Source: Pseudogymnoascus verrucosus (lineage: Eukaryota). Taken from it: a stretch of DNA of 64,000 nucleotides. This document shows positions 48,261 to 61,029 of the stretch, one piece after another (position 1 is the first letter of the stretch; the number at the start of each line of letters is the position of its first letter). The DNA is taken from the NCBI GenBank assembly GCA_001662655.1, contig KV460229.1; one strand, 5' to 3'. The notes below the pieces were generated by a model. The model was given only the letters and a program-made list of their open reading frames with translations. It made no database searches and was not told the DNA's origin. The position numbers and the translations under genes were made by a program.

Positions 48261-49317
48261 ACTATTCTGGCCTCGCTGGCTGTATTATTATTGCCTTCTA
48301 CGGGGAGATAAATACAAGTTTAATGGGGTGATAATAGTTGATTAGTTGTACATATAATGCTGTGCCTGTAGAAGTAGCACAGGTAAATATAATTACATTA
48401 AAACATAATAATGCAGAGAAACGAAGTATAACTGCTGTCCAAGAATTCTCTCAGTCGGTCAGTTTATATGAATTTTGTGATGGACAAATGAATATCTCCA
48501 TATTATTTGATTTAATAAGTATTATGGAACCAAACACCTTATTGCTTCTCGTGAAAACATATAATAAAGTTCAACCGATAAGCCACATCAAGAAGAAAAC
48601 AACTCATACTGCCAATAAATGTGTTATAATTGCCTTTCTTAAGTAGAGATGCTATTTCCATATCCCTTTTCCCGTTGAAGAAACTATTGATCCACAAAAT
48701 GCCTGCGCCACAGTTCGAGTTTGGTGAGCCACAGTTTGTCCTGTCCTCCTGTCCTGGACCCTTGAAAGGTACGGGGTGACTTTGCTCATTTCTGTCACCG
48801 TGATAGGCAACTCGATTCCCCTCCTTGTTCTCATGGCCCATGGCCTCTGCGTGCATGAATTCTAGTTTAGAATAATATTAAAATCCTGACATTAATCATT
48901 CACGGGACGCGACTAAATTAGAGTAACGCGCACGTCGCTGCCATCAACAAAAACAAAACCTCAAAACCATTGCTTGACGTCGCCCTGAGTTAGTTTGCAA
49001 ACAGAAATCGTTAGTCGCGTCTTCTTCGGACTGTTTATCTGATGAGCACAGGCATTAGAGATTCCATCAGTGGGGCAAACACCTGACATTTATCCCAATA
49101 CCGCCGTGGCTATCTGATCGCCCCTGTGACGACGACGACGTCGCGCTGAACCACAGTATTCTGGTGAAGGGCCATATCAGATGATTCTGCGATACACTTG
49201 TCACATATCGATTCCAAAGCTCCAGTATACATAGAGCTCGGGTGTTCCTGGTGACGTCAAATCCGGAGAGCCGCAACGGCCACATAGCAACCGGCCTACT
49301 GCGTGAAGAACCTCACG

Positions 49318-52300
49318 ATGGCGCCTGCTGGAGGCGGAGGTGGAGGTGGGAATATCAAAGTCGTGGTTCGAGTGAGGCCCTTTAATGGACGAGGTAAGTT
49401 TTCATGCTTTCCAAGCTATTATAACTCGTTGGGATGTGGCTGCAGATTCAACAGTCAGATTGGCATGGACGTTCCTGGACTGACTTTCACCGCGCATAGA
49501 AATCGACAGGAACGCACGATGTATCGTGCAGATGAAAGGGAACCAGACGATCCTTGTTCAACCTGACGCTGACGACAAACGTGGGGGTGGGAAAGGGGCT
49601 AAAGATGCGAACCAGAAGACGTTTGCCTTCGATAAATCATACTGGTCATTCGACAAGTCGGACTCGAACTACGCGGGACAGGATAACCTTCACGATGATC
49701 TTGGTCGGCCACTACTCGACAATGCTTTCCAGGGCTACAACAATTGTATTTTCGCCTATGGGCAGACTGGATCCGGAAAGTCATACTCCATGATGGGATA
49801 TGGGAAGGAAGCTGGAGTGATACCCAAGATTTGCGCCGACATGTTTGAGCGGATAGACGTTGTGCAGAAGAACGATCCGAATGTGAAATGCACAGTCGAA
49901 GTCTCGTACCTCGAAATCTACAATGAACGGGTCCGCGACCTGCTCAACCCGTCCACGAAAGGAAACCTCAAGGTCCGCGAGCATCCATCGACTGGACCGT
50001 ACGTGGAGGATTTGGCAAAGCTCGTCGTGTCTAGCTTCAGCGAAATCGAGAATCTCATGGACGAGGGTAATAAGGCCAGAACCGTCGCTGCGACAAACAT
50101 GAACGAGACGAGTAGTCGAAGTCACGCCGTTTTCACGCTGACCCTCACCCAAAAACGACATGACGTTGAGATGAAGATGTCGACCGAAAAGGCAGCCAAG
50201 ATCAGCTTGGTAGATCTTGCTGGCTCCGAGCGCGCAAACTCCACGGGAGCAACAGGCGCGAGGCTGAAGGAAGGTGCGGAGATCAACAGGTCCCTTTCCA
50301 CGCTGGGAAGAGTTATTTCCGCGCTCGCAGATTTGTCCAGCGGCAAAAAGAAGAAGGGCCCTGCGTCCTCTCAAGTTCCGTACAGAGACAGTGTCTTGAC
50401 ATGGCTGTTGAAGGATTCGCTGGGAGGAAACAGCATGACGGCCATGATTGCTGCGATCAGCCCGGCAGATATCAATTTCGACGAGACTCTCAGTACGCTG
50501 AGATATGCCGATAGCGCCAAGAGGATCAAGAACCACGCGGTTGTGAACGAGGATGCGAATGCCAGGATGATCCGAGAACTGAGGGAGGAGCTTGCAACAT
50601 TAAGAGGCAAGCTTGTTGGTGGAGGATCGAGTGGGCCCAGTGAAGACCAGTACGCCGAGGGAACTCCGTTGGAAAAACAGATCGTCAGCATCACACAGCC
50701 AGATGGTACTATAAAGAGAGTTTCAAAGGCGGAGATTACTGAACAACTGAGCCAGAGCGAGAAGCTCTACTCGGACCTCAACCAGACTTGGGAAGAGAAG
50801 CTGCAGAAAACGGAGGAGATCCACAAAGAGAGAGAAGCTGCGCTCGAAGAATTGGGAATCAGCATCGAGAAAGGATTTGTTGGGCTGCATACACCAAAGA
50901 AGATGCCTCATATTGTCAATCTCTCGGATGACCCTCTACTCACAGAGTGCCTCATTTATAATCTCAAGCCGGGAACGACCACCGTAGGAAACGTGGCGAC
51001 GAATGCTCCAACGACTTCTGAAATTCGATTGAATGGAAGCCGAATCATGCATGAGCATTGCGCGTTCGAGAATGTCGACGGAATTGTCACAATCGTGCCG
51101 AGAGAGGGCGCGGCAGTCATGGTGAACGGAAAGCGAATCACCGAGCCACAAAGGCTGAGAAGTGGCTATCGAATTATTCTTGGCGACTTTCATATTTTCC
51201 GATTCAATCATCCCATGGAGGCGCGAGCGGAGAGGGCAGAGCGAACAGAGAAGAGCTTGCTGAGACACTCTGTAACGGTCAGCCAGCTTCAGGGCATTGA
51301 GAACTTCTCGCCGTCTCCGAGTCCAAGACCCGAACACCATCGGAATTATAGTAAGGCCGACTCGGACTTTGATTGGGATAGCAGCAGGCCTGATTCTCCT
51401 ATGCCGACGAGGGGCCGCGATTCTGACTGGTCGTTTGCGCGGAGGGAGGCTGCTGGAGCTATACTTGGGCCCGACCAGAAAATCGCAGGCTTGACGGATG
51501 AGGAGCTTAATGTTCTGTTTGAGGATGTGCAGCGTGCTCGCGCAGAGCGCCAGAACCGCGATGCCGACGACGACCTGGAGTCGACAACATCGTACCCAAT
51601 CAGGGAAAAGTACCTGTCCAATGGCACCATTGATAACTTCTCTCTCGACACTGCCATAACCATGCCGTCCACTCCGAGGCAGGGTGAGGTGGAAGACAAA
51701 CTACAAGTTCTGCGTGAGGAAATGCAAGGTCAGCTTGAAAAGCAAAAGACAGACTACCAAGAACAGTTGAAGGCTGCCCAGGCTGATAATGTCGAGGTCG
51801 AGGAGATAAAGAAGGAGAAGGAAAGGATGGAAGAAAGCCTCAGGGAGGTTAAGGAGGAGATGATGAAGCAGCTTGTAGTTCAGAGACAAGAGTTTGAACA
51901 ACGCATCCAAGAACTGTCGCCGGCATTGCCAGAGGCGGATACGTTTGATGATCTGAACGCGGAAGAGATTGAGATTGCTCGGAAGGCAACAGAGCACTGG
52001 CGGAAGCGACGATATGTCCGGATGGCTGAATGCATTCTTCAATCTGCCGCGATTCTGAAAGAGGCGCAGGCGCTGAGCCAGGAGATGGACGAGAGCGTCG
52101 TCTTTCAGTTTGTGATTCTGGATACTGGCCATGCTTTGTGCTCATCGTACGACATGGTTCTCATCGGAATCCCCGGGGAAGGTGATGATTCTGCCCTTGA
52201 GGACGCAGAAAGGCCATGCGTGGCGGTGAGAGTTCTCGATTATAAATCGGGCGTCGCCCACCACTGGAGTTTGGAGAAGCTGAAGGAGAGAGTCAAGGTC

Positions 52301-54259
52301 ATGCGACAACTCCACCAATATATGGACAGGCCGGAGTATATGAAGCATTTCAAACTCGAAAACCCGTTCGTCGAGACCTGCATGCCCCGATACACACTCG
52401 TCGGCGACGTTAGCGTTCCGTTGGCAGCTGTCTTTGAAAGCCGCGTCCAGGACTTTACCCTCGATGTCAGGTCGCCTTATACGTCAGACTCCATTGGTCT
52501 GGTCAAGCTTTCCCTTGAACCCTCGTCAGCCAGGGCCCCTACGAATACTTTAAAATTCAACGTCGTCATGCATGAACTGATTGGATTCCCAGAAGACGAG
52601 GGCACAGAAGTACATGCTCAGTTGTTCATCCCTGGAATATCCGAAGAGGGAGGCGCCACCACCACCGCGATGATTAGCGGCTTCGAAGAGGGGTCGGTCA
52701 GGTTTGACAGTGTTCACAGCATGAGCATTCCTCTGTTCGGCCCCAAGACTATATCTTTGAGCGTTTCTATATTCGCAAAGGTATCATCAATGCATCTTGA
52801 CAAGCTACTCAGCTGGGATGATCTCCGAGACCACGTCTCAACCCAGCAGAAACAACGAACGGCTCGAATTGCTGAAAGCCATTTTTATGCAGAAGAAAAA
52901 CACGACGTCTTTGCTCGGGTTCAATTGCTCGAATTATCGGAAAATGGCGACTATCTCCCGGTCGAGGTCTTACAGGCCAATGATATGGACAAAGGGACGT
53001 TTCAACTACACCAAGGGCTGCAGCGACGCATCGTTGTGAATTTGACACACAGCTGTGGGTCATCTCTACCATGGAAAGACAGCTCCAGACTTCGCATTGG
53101 TGGCATCCAATTACTCGACCATCTTGGAAAGGTTGTTGATATGAACTCGTCGACGCCAGAGATTGAATTGAAACTTGTCATGGATCCAATTATGAGGGCG
53201 AATTCCAACGGAAGCATGAGCGTTGCTCTGGTCGGGCAATGGGACTCAAGCTTGCACAACTCACTGCTCCTTGACCGAATGACGGCCGACAAGTACAAGG
53301 TGCAGATGAAGATTCTTTGGGATGTGACGTCTGACAGCCTTGGGGAGCCGATGACATTCTCGTTGAACGTCGCCTCACAAGTTTTATCGCGCTCATACGT
53401 CCGCAACCAGTCCATGTTTGCTGCCTTGTGGCAGAGCGCTCGCATTGTCCATTCGACATCTGCCATTTTCTCGATATGCATACGGCCTATGCCGGTTAAG
53501 AAGGTTGGAGATCTGTGGCGGATGAACACACAGCACGACTATGTCAAGGGCGAAGAGAACCTCACTGGCTGGACACCAAGAGGAGTATCGCTTGTCCACG
53601 ACTTCATCAACTCTAGAAGACGGAGAGAGCGCTCAGCTGAGATCGAGGCAGCAAAGGCGTTTTATAGCGCCGAGGAGTTGAAGGTTGAGAAGAAGGCCGA
53701 CGAGGAAGAGGAAGCCCCGCCGAACGAGGAGCTCATTCGCAAGGTTTTGAATCTCTGGACGATCTCGACTGGTCCGATTGAGAACTTATTGCGAAACGCA
53801 AACATCGAACCTCCGACCGATGGACCTGCTGAACCGGGTCCTGACAACGCCGTCCGTTTGACAGCGAGCGTGGCTCTAATTCAGAGATCGGCTCAGCTCC
53901 TCAAAGGAGGATACCTACTCGTGCCATCGCTTGACAGCAGCAAATGGGTACGACGCTTTGTGGAACTGCGACGGCCATATCTCCACATCCACTCCATACC
54001 CGAGGGAGAGGAAATCGGAATCGTGAACTTGCGGAACAGTCGCGTAGACCACCAGCCGCAAATCGCGAAGCTTCTGCGCCAGGACGGCAAGGGGAGGGAC
54101 AGGAAGGAGACGGTATTCGCGATCTACGGCACCGACAACACATGGCTCTTCGCCGCGCGGAGCGAACGCGAGAAGGTCGACTGGATTTTCAAGATCGATC
54201 AGGCGTACTTTGGCAGCGGTAATGGGAGCGCCGACGAGGATGTCGACGCGGAATCGTGA
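49318..54259 (+). CDS. unc104: Kinesin-3 motor (Unc104/KIF1A family)
   Basis: NIKVVVRVRPFN, P-loop GQTGSGKS, SSRSH and DLAGSE, an FHA region and a C-terminal PH domain. Intron 49394-49499. Confidence 0.96.
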
Positions 54260-54923
54260 ATTTGCCTACGACGATAATGAGGGACGCATTAGATGGTTTG
54301 ATTCGAGACGAGAAGCATGATACCCGATCTACTTAGAAGTAGTATATGTAGATATGATGTATAGTTAGGTTATTATTAAATACTTTGTTTTGTTAATTAA
54401 TTAATTAGAATAAGAGTATATCGCATTCCCTCGGTGTTACTCCTCTTACTTTACCTATAACGTACATGCATAGCAAATGATACAACATATCACGACCATG
54501 CCACAAGAATTATAATAAAGCTATTATAGCGCTTAATTTTAAAGACTTCTATAAAAGATTGATGTTTTAATTATCATATGTAATTCGTGGGTTATTATGG
54601 CGTTCTCGGCTTAAATCTTACGTGGCTCTTACTTATGGGCGTTTATTGTAGCTCCCCTTTTAGAAAGGGGCAGAGTTCAGTCTGAATACGACGCGTTGTG
54701 ACACACTACTCATACTCATTACATTAGTAGGTAGAACTGGATCTCTTTTCTTTACTTTTCCTATTTAAATATAGTCTAGTAAAGTTACTCTACACATCTC
54801 CTTATGTTAACCTTGAGGTATTTCTTTATAATTTACTAGATAAAAATACGAGCTCTTAAATAGCTCCTCCTATTTAGATAGCATTACCAATGACCTAGAG
54901 TGTTATGTTAGCTAGTTGCTGCA

Positions 54924-56130
54924 TTAAGAAACCAGGCAAAATATAAAACCTACATGAATTATGTCGTTACTAGCGTGACTCTCCTCCGATATCTTCCCAA
55001 ATTCCCCCGACTCGCCCATGTCCTCAACATGCACATGCTGAAGCTTAATGCTATTGTCGGTTATGATGTCAAGGTCCCTCACCTGTCTGAACCCTGTTGT
55101 GTCGGTATAGTGCGGGCTGTGAGATGCAGCTGTGATATGAGTTGTTGGATGTCGGGGGCGAAGTGTAAACAGAGTGGGTACGTTAGCAACAATGGCGGCA
55201 GCAAACATCTCGACTGTTCCCAATGTCGTACGATTGGCTTCATGAGTACGGGAATGGTTGTAGTTTCTGTCATAATTTATGGGGAGGCGAACGAAGCCAA
55301 TGGCGAGGAGCGTGAAGCCAATGGAGAACAAGCCCACGAGTGAAAGGCGTCTAGAGGGATTAATATGCGAGACAGAAGTGATGAATGGGGACCCAGTAGG
55401 CGTACTGTTTTAGAGGCCTCTTCATCCTGAAGAGGTAAGGCATAGGAAGACCGATGAGCATTGCATCAGTGACCATATTAAGTGAAACAAATACAATTAA
55501 TTGAATGGCACCTGCAGCGCACTGTCCTAGTGCCCAAGTTAACATTCTCTCCATGCGTCCACGAAGCCTATCCATACCTGGATCTGGCACCACTTGCCAA
55601 TATAAATGAAACGGCGTACATTCCACGAACGTCCATATTTGCACTACCACATAACTGACGGCTAGGAAACCCCAGTAGAAGTTTATTATGAGGCGAGGCC
55701 ATATGAGGCACCCTAACATCCGCTGATATAGGATCAAGACAACGGACTTTTGGATCCAAAAACTAGCAAAGACAAGGTTAACATGACGAGCATAAGAAGC
55801 GGATACCGACAGGACTTGCTATGTGCTATGGAAAACCCTGTCGCAGAGGGTCACTTTGCTTCCAATCTCCCGCTGGTAGATTTCGGTGGCATCGAACAGC
55901 TTCGAAGCTCGATAGGCAGAAGTTAAATTGTTGTTTCCCCATAGCACAATGACGGTGGCGAAACTGCAGCGAGCAGCTAAGCAAGCTATAGCTCCCATGG
56001 TGAGGTAGTCGCTAATGTCAAACCGCTGCCCTCTCACTTTTCGCATCGCAAGTCGAGTTACCATGATGAGAGCGCTCGCGAAACCAAGCACACCTAGGAT
56101 TATCATGCTCTTCTTTTTTTCGTAGTCCAT
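54924..56130 (-). CDS. Pth11-like integral membrane protein (fungal rhodopsin domain); 3' end uncertain
   Basis: Motifs RL..RK....F..SDYL, ECTPFHLYWQVVPDPG, NMVTDAMLIGLPMP and EMFAAAIVANVPTL; 3 introns. Confidence 0.85.
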
Positions 56131-58348
56131 TGCGATACGTACGCACCTGCAGGTATGCAGGGCGGGTTATGCCATGCCACAAGGCCAGACGCTAAAAAGT
56201 GCATAAGGGCACAATGGAAGGAGAGCAGAGAGGGAGGAGGATGAGAAGAGAGAAGGATAAGAAAGAAGGGGGTTGAAGGGTATAAAGGTGGGTCCATGCA
56301 ATCCATTTTCAGAGAGTCGTAGTTGGTATATGTCCAACCACACGAAATCGTTGCGACCAAACTTTCGCTCCGCTTGAGCGGAGCGAAAAGTTGGTTACGA
56401 CAATAATTGCGCAGAGAGAGAAGGCGGTGCAGAGGGGTCGATGCTTAGCTAGGCTACATTTGCGCCACATGGCGTTTTTAATATCAGAGACCCAGGCATC
56501 TACGACGGTCATTGCCACCAGATGCTACGAAGTGGTTCGAAGTGGCTGCGGAGGCATTCGCAGGGAAGTTTGATTACTGAAGTAATGGTGTCTTCTAACA
56601 AAGATGCTGGTGGTAGCTTCTTAGTTCATCCGCCGCGGAGAAATCTAATTAGGGATTACCGTACTATATGACAGTGGTTGATTTAGAAGAGCATGGTCAC
56701 GCCTCCGAGAATTTCCGCTAAAGCCAACAGTGTCCATTCCTTCCTTGCCACTAACTTGGATGTGTTCATGGTTCATTCGCGGAGAAGTCGGAGAAGTCCA
56801 ACAGTGGCGGATATTCACTAACCAGATTGTTTGCGGGACGAACGACAATCCGTCAAATGTCAAATAGGGCCGATCTAGCGTGGTGCGGGGAACAGCCTTC
56901 ATCCATTGAAAGATCTCTCAGCGGCAACTACCGCACAGTGAGGGAAAGATAGAGTACAGTACTGTAGATAAATACCCCGCATGGCAACACGGCCTACGTC
57001 ACGCTAAATCCCTAGAAACAAGCCCCTAGGTAGCCACTAGCGAACGCCTCAGTAGCGTGTCTGCCAGTCAATTTGCCTCTACCTCCACCTCTACCACGAC
57101 CCGCTCCCCCCGCAGCATACAACAACCAACCATTATGAAGCTCCTCCACGCTCTTACTCAGCACTAGACATGCAGAACAGTTTAGGGCCAATTTCGAACC
57201 TTCTAGGCTGGTTCCTTACATGAAGTAGGAATAAAAGACGCAGATCGGCACTGATGCCTGCAAACGCGTCTCCATAGGATCATGTTCGGCAATTATTCGT
57301 GTTGCAGAGTACAGAAAACTACGATTTCTTCAGCCTTAACAGGTGGACAGAAAGGAGTCTTAACAACTAATTAATACGCGGCCTAATATCACGTTATTTA
57401 TAAGCAGAATGTTGTTTACAGTCGCTCAATGTCATACATCAGCCATGGCTAGGGACGAGGAAACGATTAGAAGGTTGTTCAGATGAGATGGGATCAAGAT
57501 CGACCCGTGTTGGCGCCTCAACATCGCTGGCGGCATCTGCTTAGGCTTAGCTCGTCATGCAGCCCCACACCAACATGTACCATACGCGGCACTAGTGATC
57601 TACGACAATGGAAAGCTTTAGCAGTAGAAGAAGCCTTGCACTAATGTGAGTAAAGCTTATGTCGGTGGCGCGACGTACAAACGCAAACCCTAGTCAAAAA
57701 GCATTTGAGAGCGGAAGATAACGGGTTCAGGGTCCTAGTAGAATATCGGGACTTAGTGTAACGAGACTCTCCTGAACACCTGAGCGTGTGCAGCTCCCCC
57801 TAACACGGAGCGAAACCCAACTCTAGCGTTAAGGAGAAGAAATGGGATCCTGAATCTCTATTCTAGACGCGTAATTGGTTCTAAATCGTGGATTATGGTG
57901 CGACAATTCTCGGAACATATCAAAGCATTAGTCTTGACATGGACTGATGCTGGGGACAACCTTCTGTTGGTGCCGACTCTACCTCTACGCTCCGCATGGC
58001 ATCATTGCAAACTCGAGACTTAGGTCAACCCCGCATTCTCCACAATCGTCGTGTAGAGTAACGGCCTCGAAAAGATAAGTAGTCGCGATTTCCCTTCTGT
58101 AAACTTCTTCTTTGCAAGGCATTCAATCTTCTTAGTTGCTCCTTCGGAAGCATCATTACTGTGAGCGAACGCTCTTGCAAGACACGTGCAATCATCACTA
58201 AAGGCGATGTACGTGACCCATCTCCCTCCATCCTCCAGTCCTCTTCGCCAACAGGCAAAGGGCCCACCTCAATCTTTTGGCTGCAACCCTTCTAACAAGT
58301 GCTAATAGATCTCAGTTGATACGAAGTTTGAGAAGATAAAAATCAATC

Positions 58349-60018
58349 ATGGCAGACAACCCCAATATAGGCGATGGCGGGATCCACGAATCTCATAGCC
58401 CGACTGAGATGACGGCCGGGGAGTATATACACACCCGCTTTACGACGCTCGTCCCCCCCATGAACAGGGTCCCCAATCCATTCCGGCTTCTGGGAATGGT
58501 GAGCGGAAAGCAGTGGCTTTTCTTCTTAGTCGGATTCACCGCATGGGTATGGTTCTTGTCCATAATGATATTTTTGAACCCGCGATTTCTAATGTCCCGC
58601 CGCAGACTTGGGATTCCTTCGACTACTTTACTGTCAGTATGACGATTCCCGATCTTGCCAAAACATTTGGCAAGAACACTACGGACATCTCCTGGGGCCT
58701 CACAGTTACGTTGATGTTCCGATCTGTGGGTTCTACTATCTTTGGTATTGCTGCAGATCGATATGGTCGCAAATGGCCGTTTGTTGTTAATAACATCCTC
58801 TTTATCGTGCTTGAACTTGCCACCGGGTTTTGCCAGACCTACAAACAATTCCTTGCCTGCAGATCACTGTATGGGATCGCAATGGGTGGTCTATATGGAA
58901 ACGCAGCAGCAACAGCTCTAGAAGACTGTCCAGAGGAAGTCCGCGGTATATTATCTGGTATGCTGCAACAAGGCTGGGCGTTTGGATACCTTCTCGCCGC
59001 AGCCTTTGCTAGAGGTCTGGTTAACACCACGAGCCACGGATGGCGTCCACTCTACTGGTTTGGTGCCTGCCCTCCAGTTCTAATCATCATTTTCCGACTT
59101 TGCCTACCGGAGACCGATGCATACAGAGAACGTGAGATGGTACGAAAGGAGCGTGGTAACATTGGAGGGACGTTCATTGCCGAAGGGAAAGTTGCCTTAA
59201 AGAAACATTGGTTGATATTGATATACTTGGTGCTTCTCATGGCTGGCATGAACTTTATGGTAAGAATATTCCCAGAAGTAAGATTTGGATATTATTAACG
59301 GTTTGTCAAGTCCCACGGCTCCCAAGATCTCTATACGGTCCTGCTAAAAAACCAATATGGGTTCAGCGCCGACGCCGTCACGATAATACAAGTAGTTGCA
59401 AATCTAGGGGCAATGGCTGGCGGGACTGTCGTCGGATACTGCTCTCAGATTTTTGGACGAAGATTCTCAATCATTGTCATCAGCATAATTGGAGGCGCTC
59501 TTCTCTATCCTTACACCTTTACGTCGAGCAAGGCAGTTATCGCTGCTGCCTTCTTCGAACAATTCTGTGTACAAGGTGCCTGGGGAGTTATTCCAATCCA
59601 TCTAATGGAACTTTCACCTGGCTCTTTCCGTACCTTCGTCGTGGGGACATCGTACCAGCTGGGCAACCTCGCGTCGTCTGCCTCAGCTACTATCGAATCT
59701 ACTATCGGGTCTCGCTTCCCACTCCCTTCAGTAGAGGGTAAAGCTAGATACGAATATGGTCTCGTTATGTGCATTTTTATGGGCTGCGTCTACGCTTATG
59801 TTATTGTGCTGACATACATCGGTCCTGAGTACCTAGGGAGGAGCTTTGAGGTCAGAGACGATTCGGATCTCTCTGAGGCTACTGGCGCGAGCACTATTGA
59901 AGCTGCACTGGCCAAGATGCATCACAGAGACGAAATCGAAGAGGCCGTTACTGTCGGCGATACGGAGGATGCTGATGCCAACGAGAAAAGAGCTATCAGT
60001 GCTACGCACATAGCTTAG
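58349..60018 (+). CDS. JEN1: Carboxylate:H+ symporter (Jen1, MFS SHS family)
   Basis: Motifs WDSFDYFTVS, ADRYGRKWP, SGMLQQG, NFM/SHGSQDLY and QGAWGVIPIHLMELSP; 2 introns. Confidence 0.94.
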
Positions 60019-60507
60019 TAATAGGCCCCTACAAATGGGCACAGTCACGGGGCATCCCTCTTGAGCAGCCAGAGCTTGAACCGTGGACTTCAGAGGCGTC
60101 GCGATAAACTAGGGGCAGATGCCGCTACGATGCAGAGTTGTAGCCGCATTGTGCGTGGACATTCCATCGAGTAAGGAATTGCAGAATTAGAGAATTTGGC
60201 GATGACAGATTAATCCTTGGTTTTGGCGATTATTTCGTACCTGCGATAGTTTTAGCAACTTCACAATCTAAACCCATACTTCTAACCCCGTTTTTTCTTA
60301 CTATAAAGGACTGTGATACGTTCCAATCGACATCATCGTTATGTTGACCAACTCTACTTCTGATATCGTGCCATATTGCCGCAGGACTTTGCGAGCCTTC
60401 TACTAGACGTCTCTTAGTTCTGTTGTGGGATATTTGAACAGCCGATGCTACAGCTACAGTTTGGTTATCTGCGACTTGCGCACCTTTACTTATTCCCCGC
60501 TTTAATG

Positions 60508-60600
60508 TGTGGGGTATACAATATGTGGGGTATACAATATGTGGGGTATACAATATGTGGGGTATACAATATGTGGGGTATACAATATGTGGGGTATACA
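60508..60600. repeat. Perfect 16-bp minisatellite (tgtggggtatacaata) x5.8
   Basis: Identical units start at 60508, 60524, 60540, 60556, 60572 and 60588 (partial). Confidence 0.95.
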
Positions 60601-60842
60601 CGAAAATACGCAGGTCAAAGAGGATGCTGCGCATGGCAAATAGTTAATATCGAGTTGTCTCTGGAGGCTGTTAGATATAGGCTGAAGTGGCTCTAAACGG
60701 AGAGGGGAGACATACATTGAGCCTTGTAAAAATTTCGCTTTCTACAGCAATCCCCAGCCGCCAAACAGCGATGAGGGCCCTGTGAAAACGATAAAGGGCC
60801 TGTATTATTCAGCAGTCATACTTCGTGGGGAAAATGTAGATA

Positions 60843-61029
60843 CAGTAGAACCACCGCCGTTATAACGATGACGTATTAGCCGATATCGTTATAATTTCAA
60901 GGCCACGCTGGCTATTTATTGGTCAATTTAATGGTTATGTAATCAAATATGCTCTCATAAACCGATATTATCGTTATAACGATACAAGTGTCTGGTCAAA
61001 ATTACATTGTTATAACAGGGGTTCTACTG
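60843..61029. mobile_element. Tc1-mariner/pogo-type MITE (187 bp)
   Basis: ta|cagtagaaccaccgccgttataacgatg ... cattgttataacaggggttctactg|ta: imperfect TIRs, TA TSD and internal cgttataa repeats. Confidence 0.85.

Noticed and set aside
57445..57730. Stop-interrupted ORF-like stretch upstream of JEN1
   Set aside because: No recognisable homology, so it cannot be supported as a pseudogene.
60508..60600. Possible CRISPR array
   Set aside because: The units are contiguous with no spacers and the context is eukaryotic, so this is a minisatellite. ORFs 60230-60634, 60445-60696 and 60502-60717 are artefacts of it.
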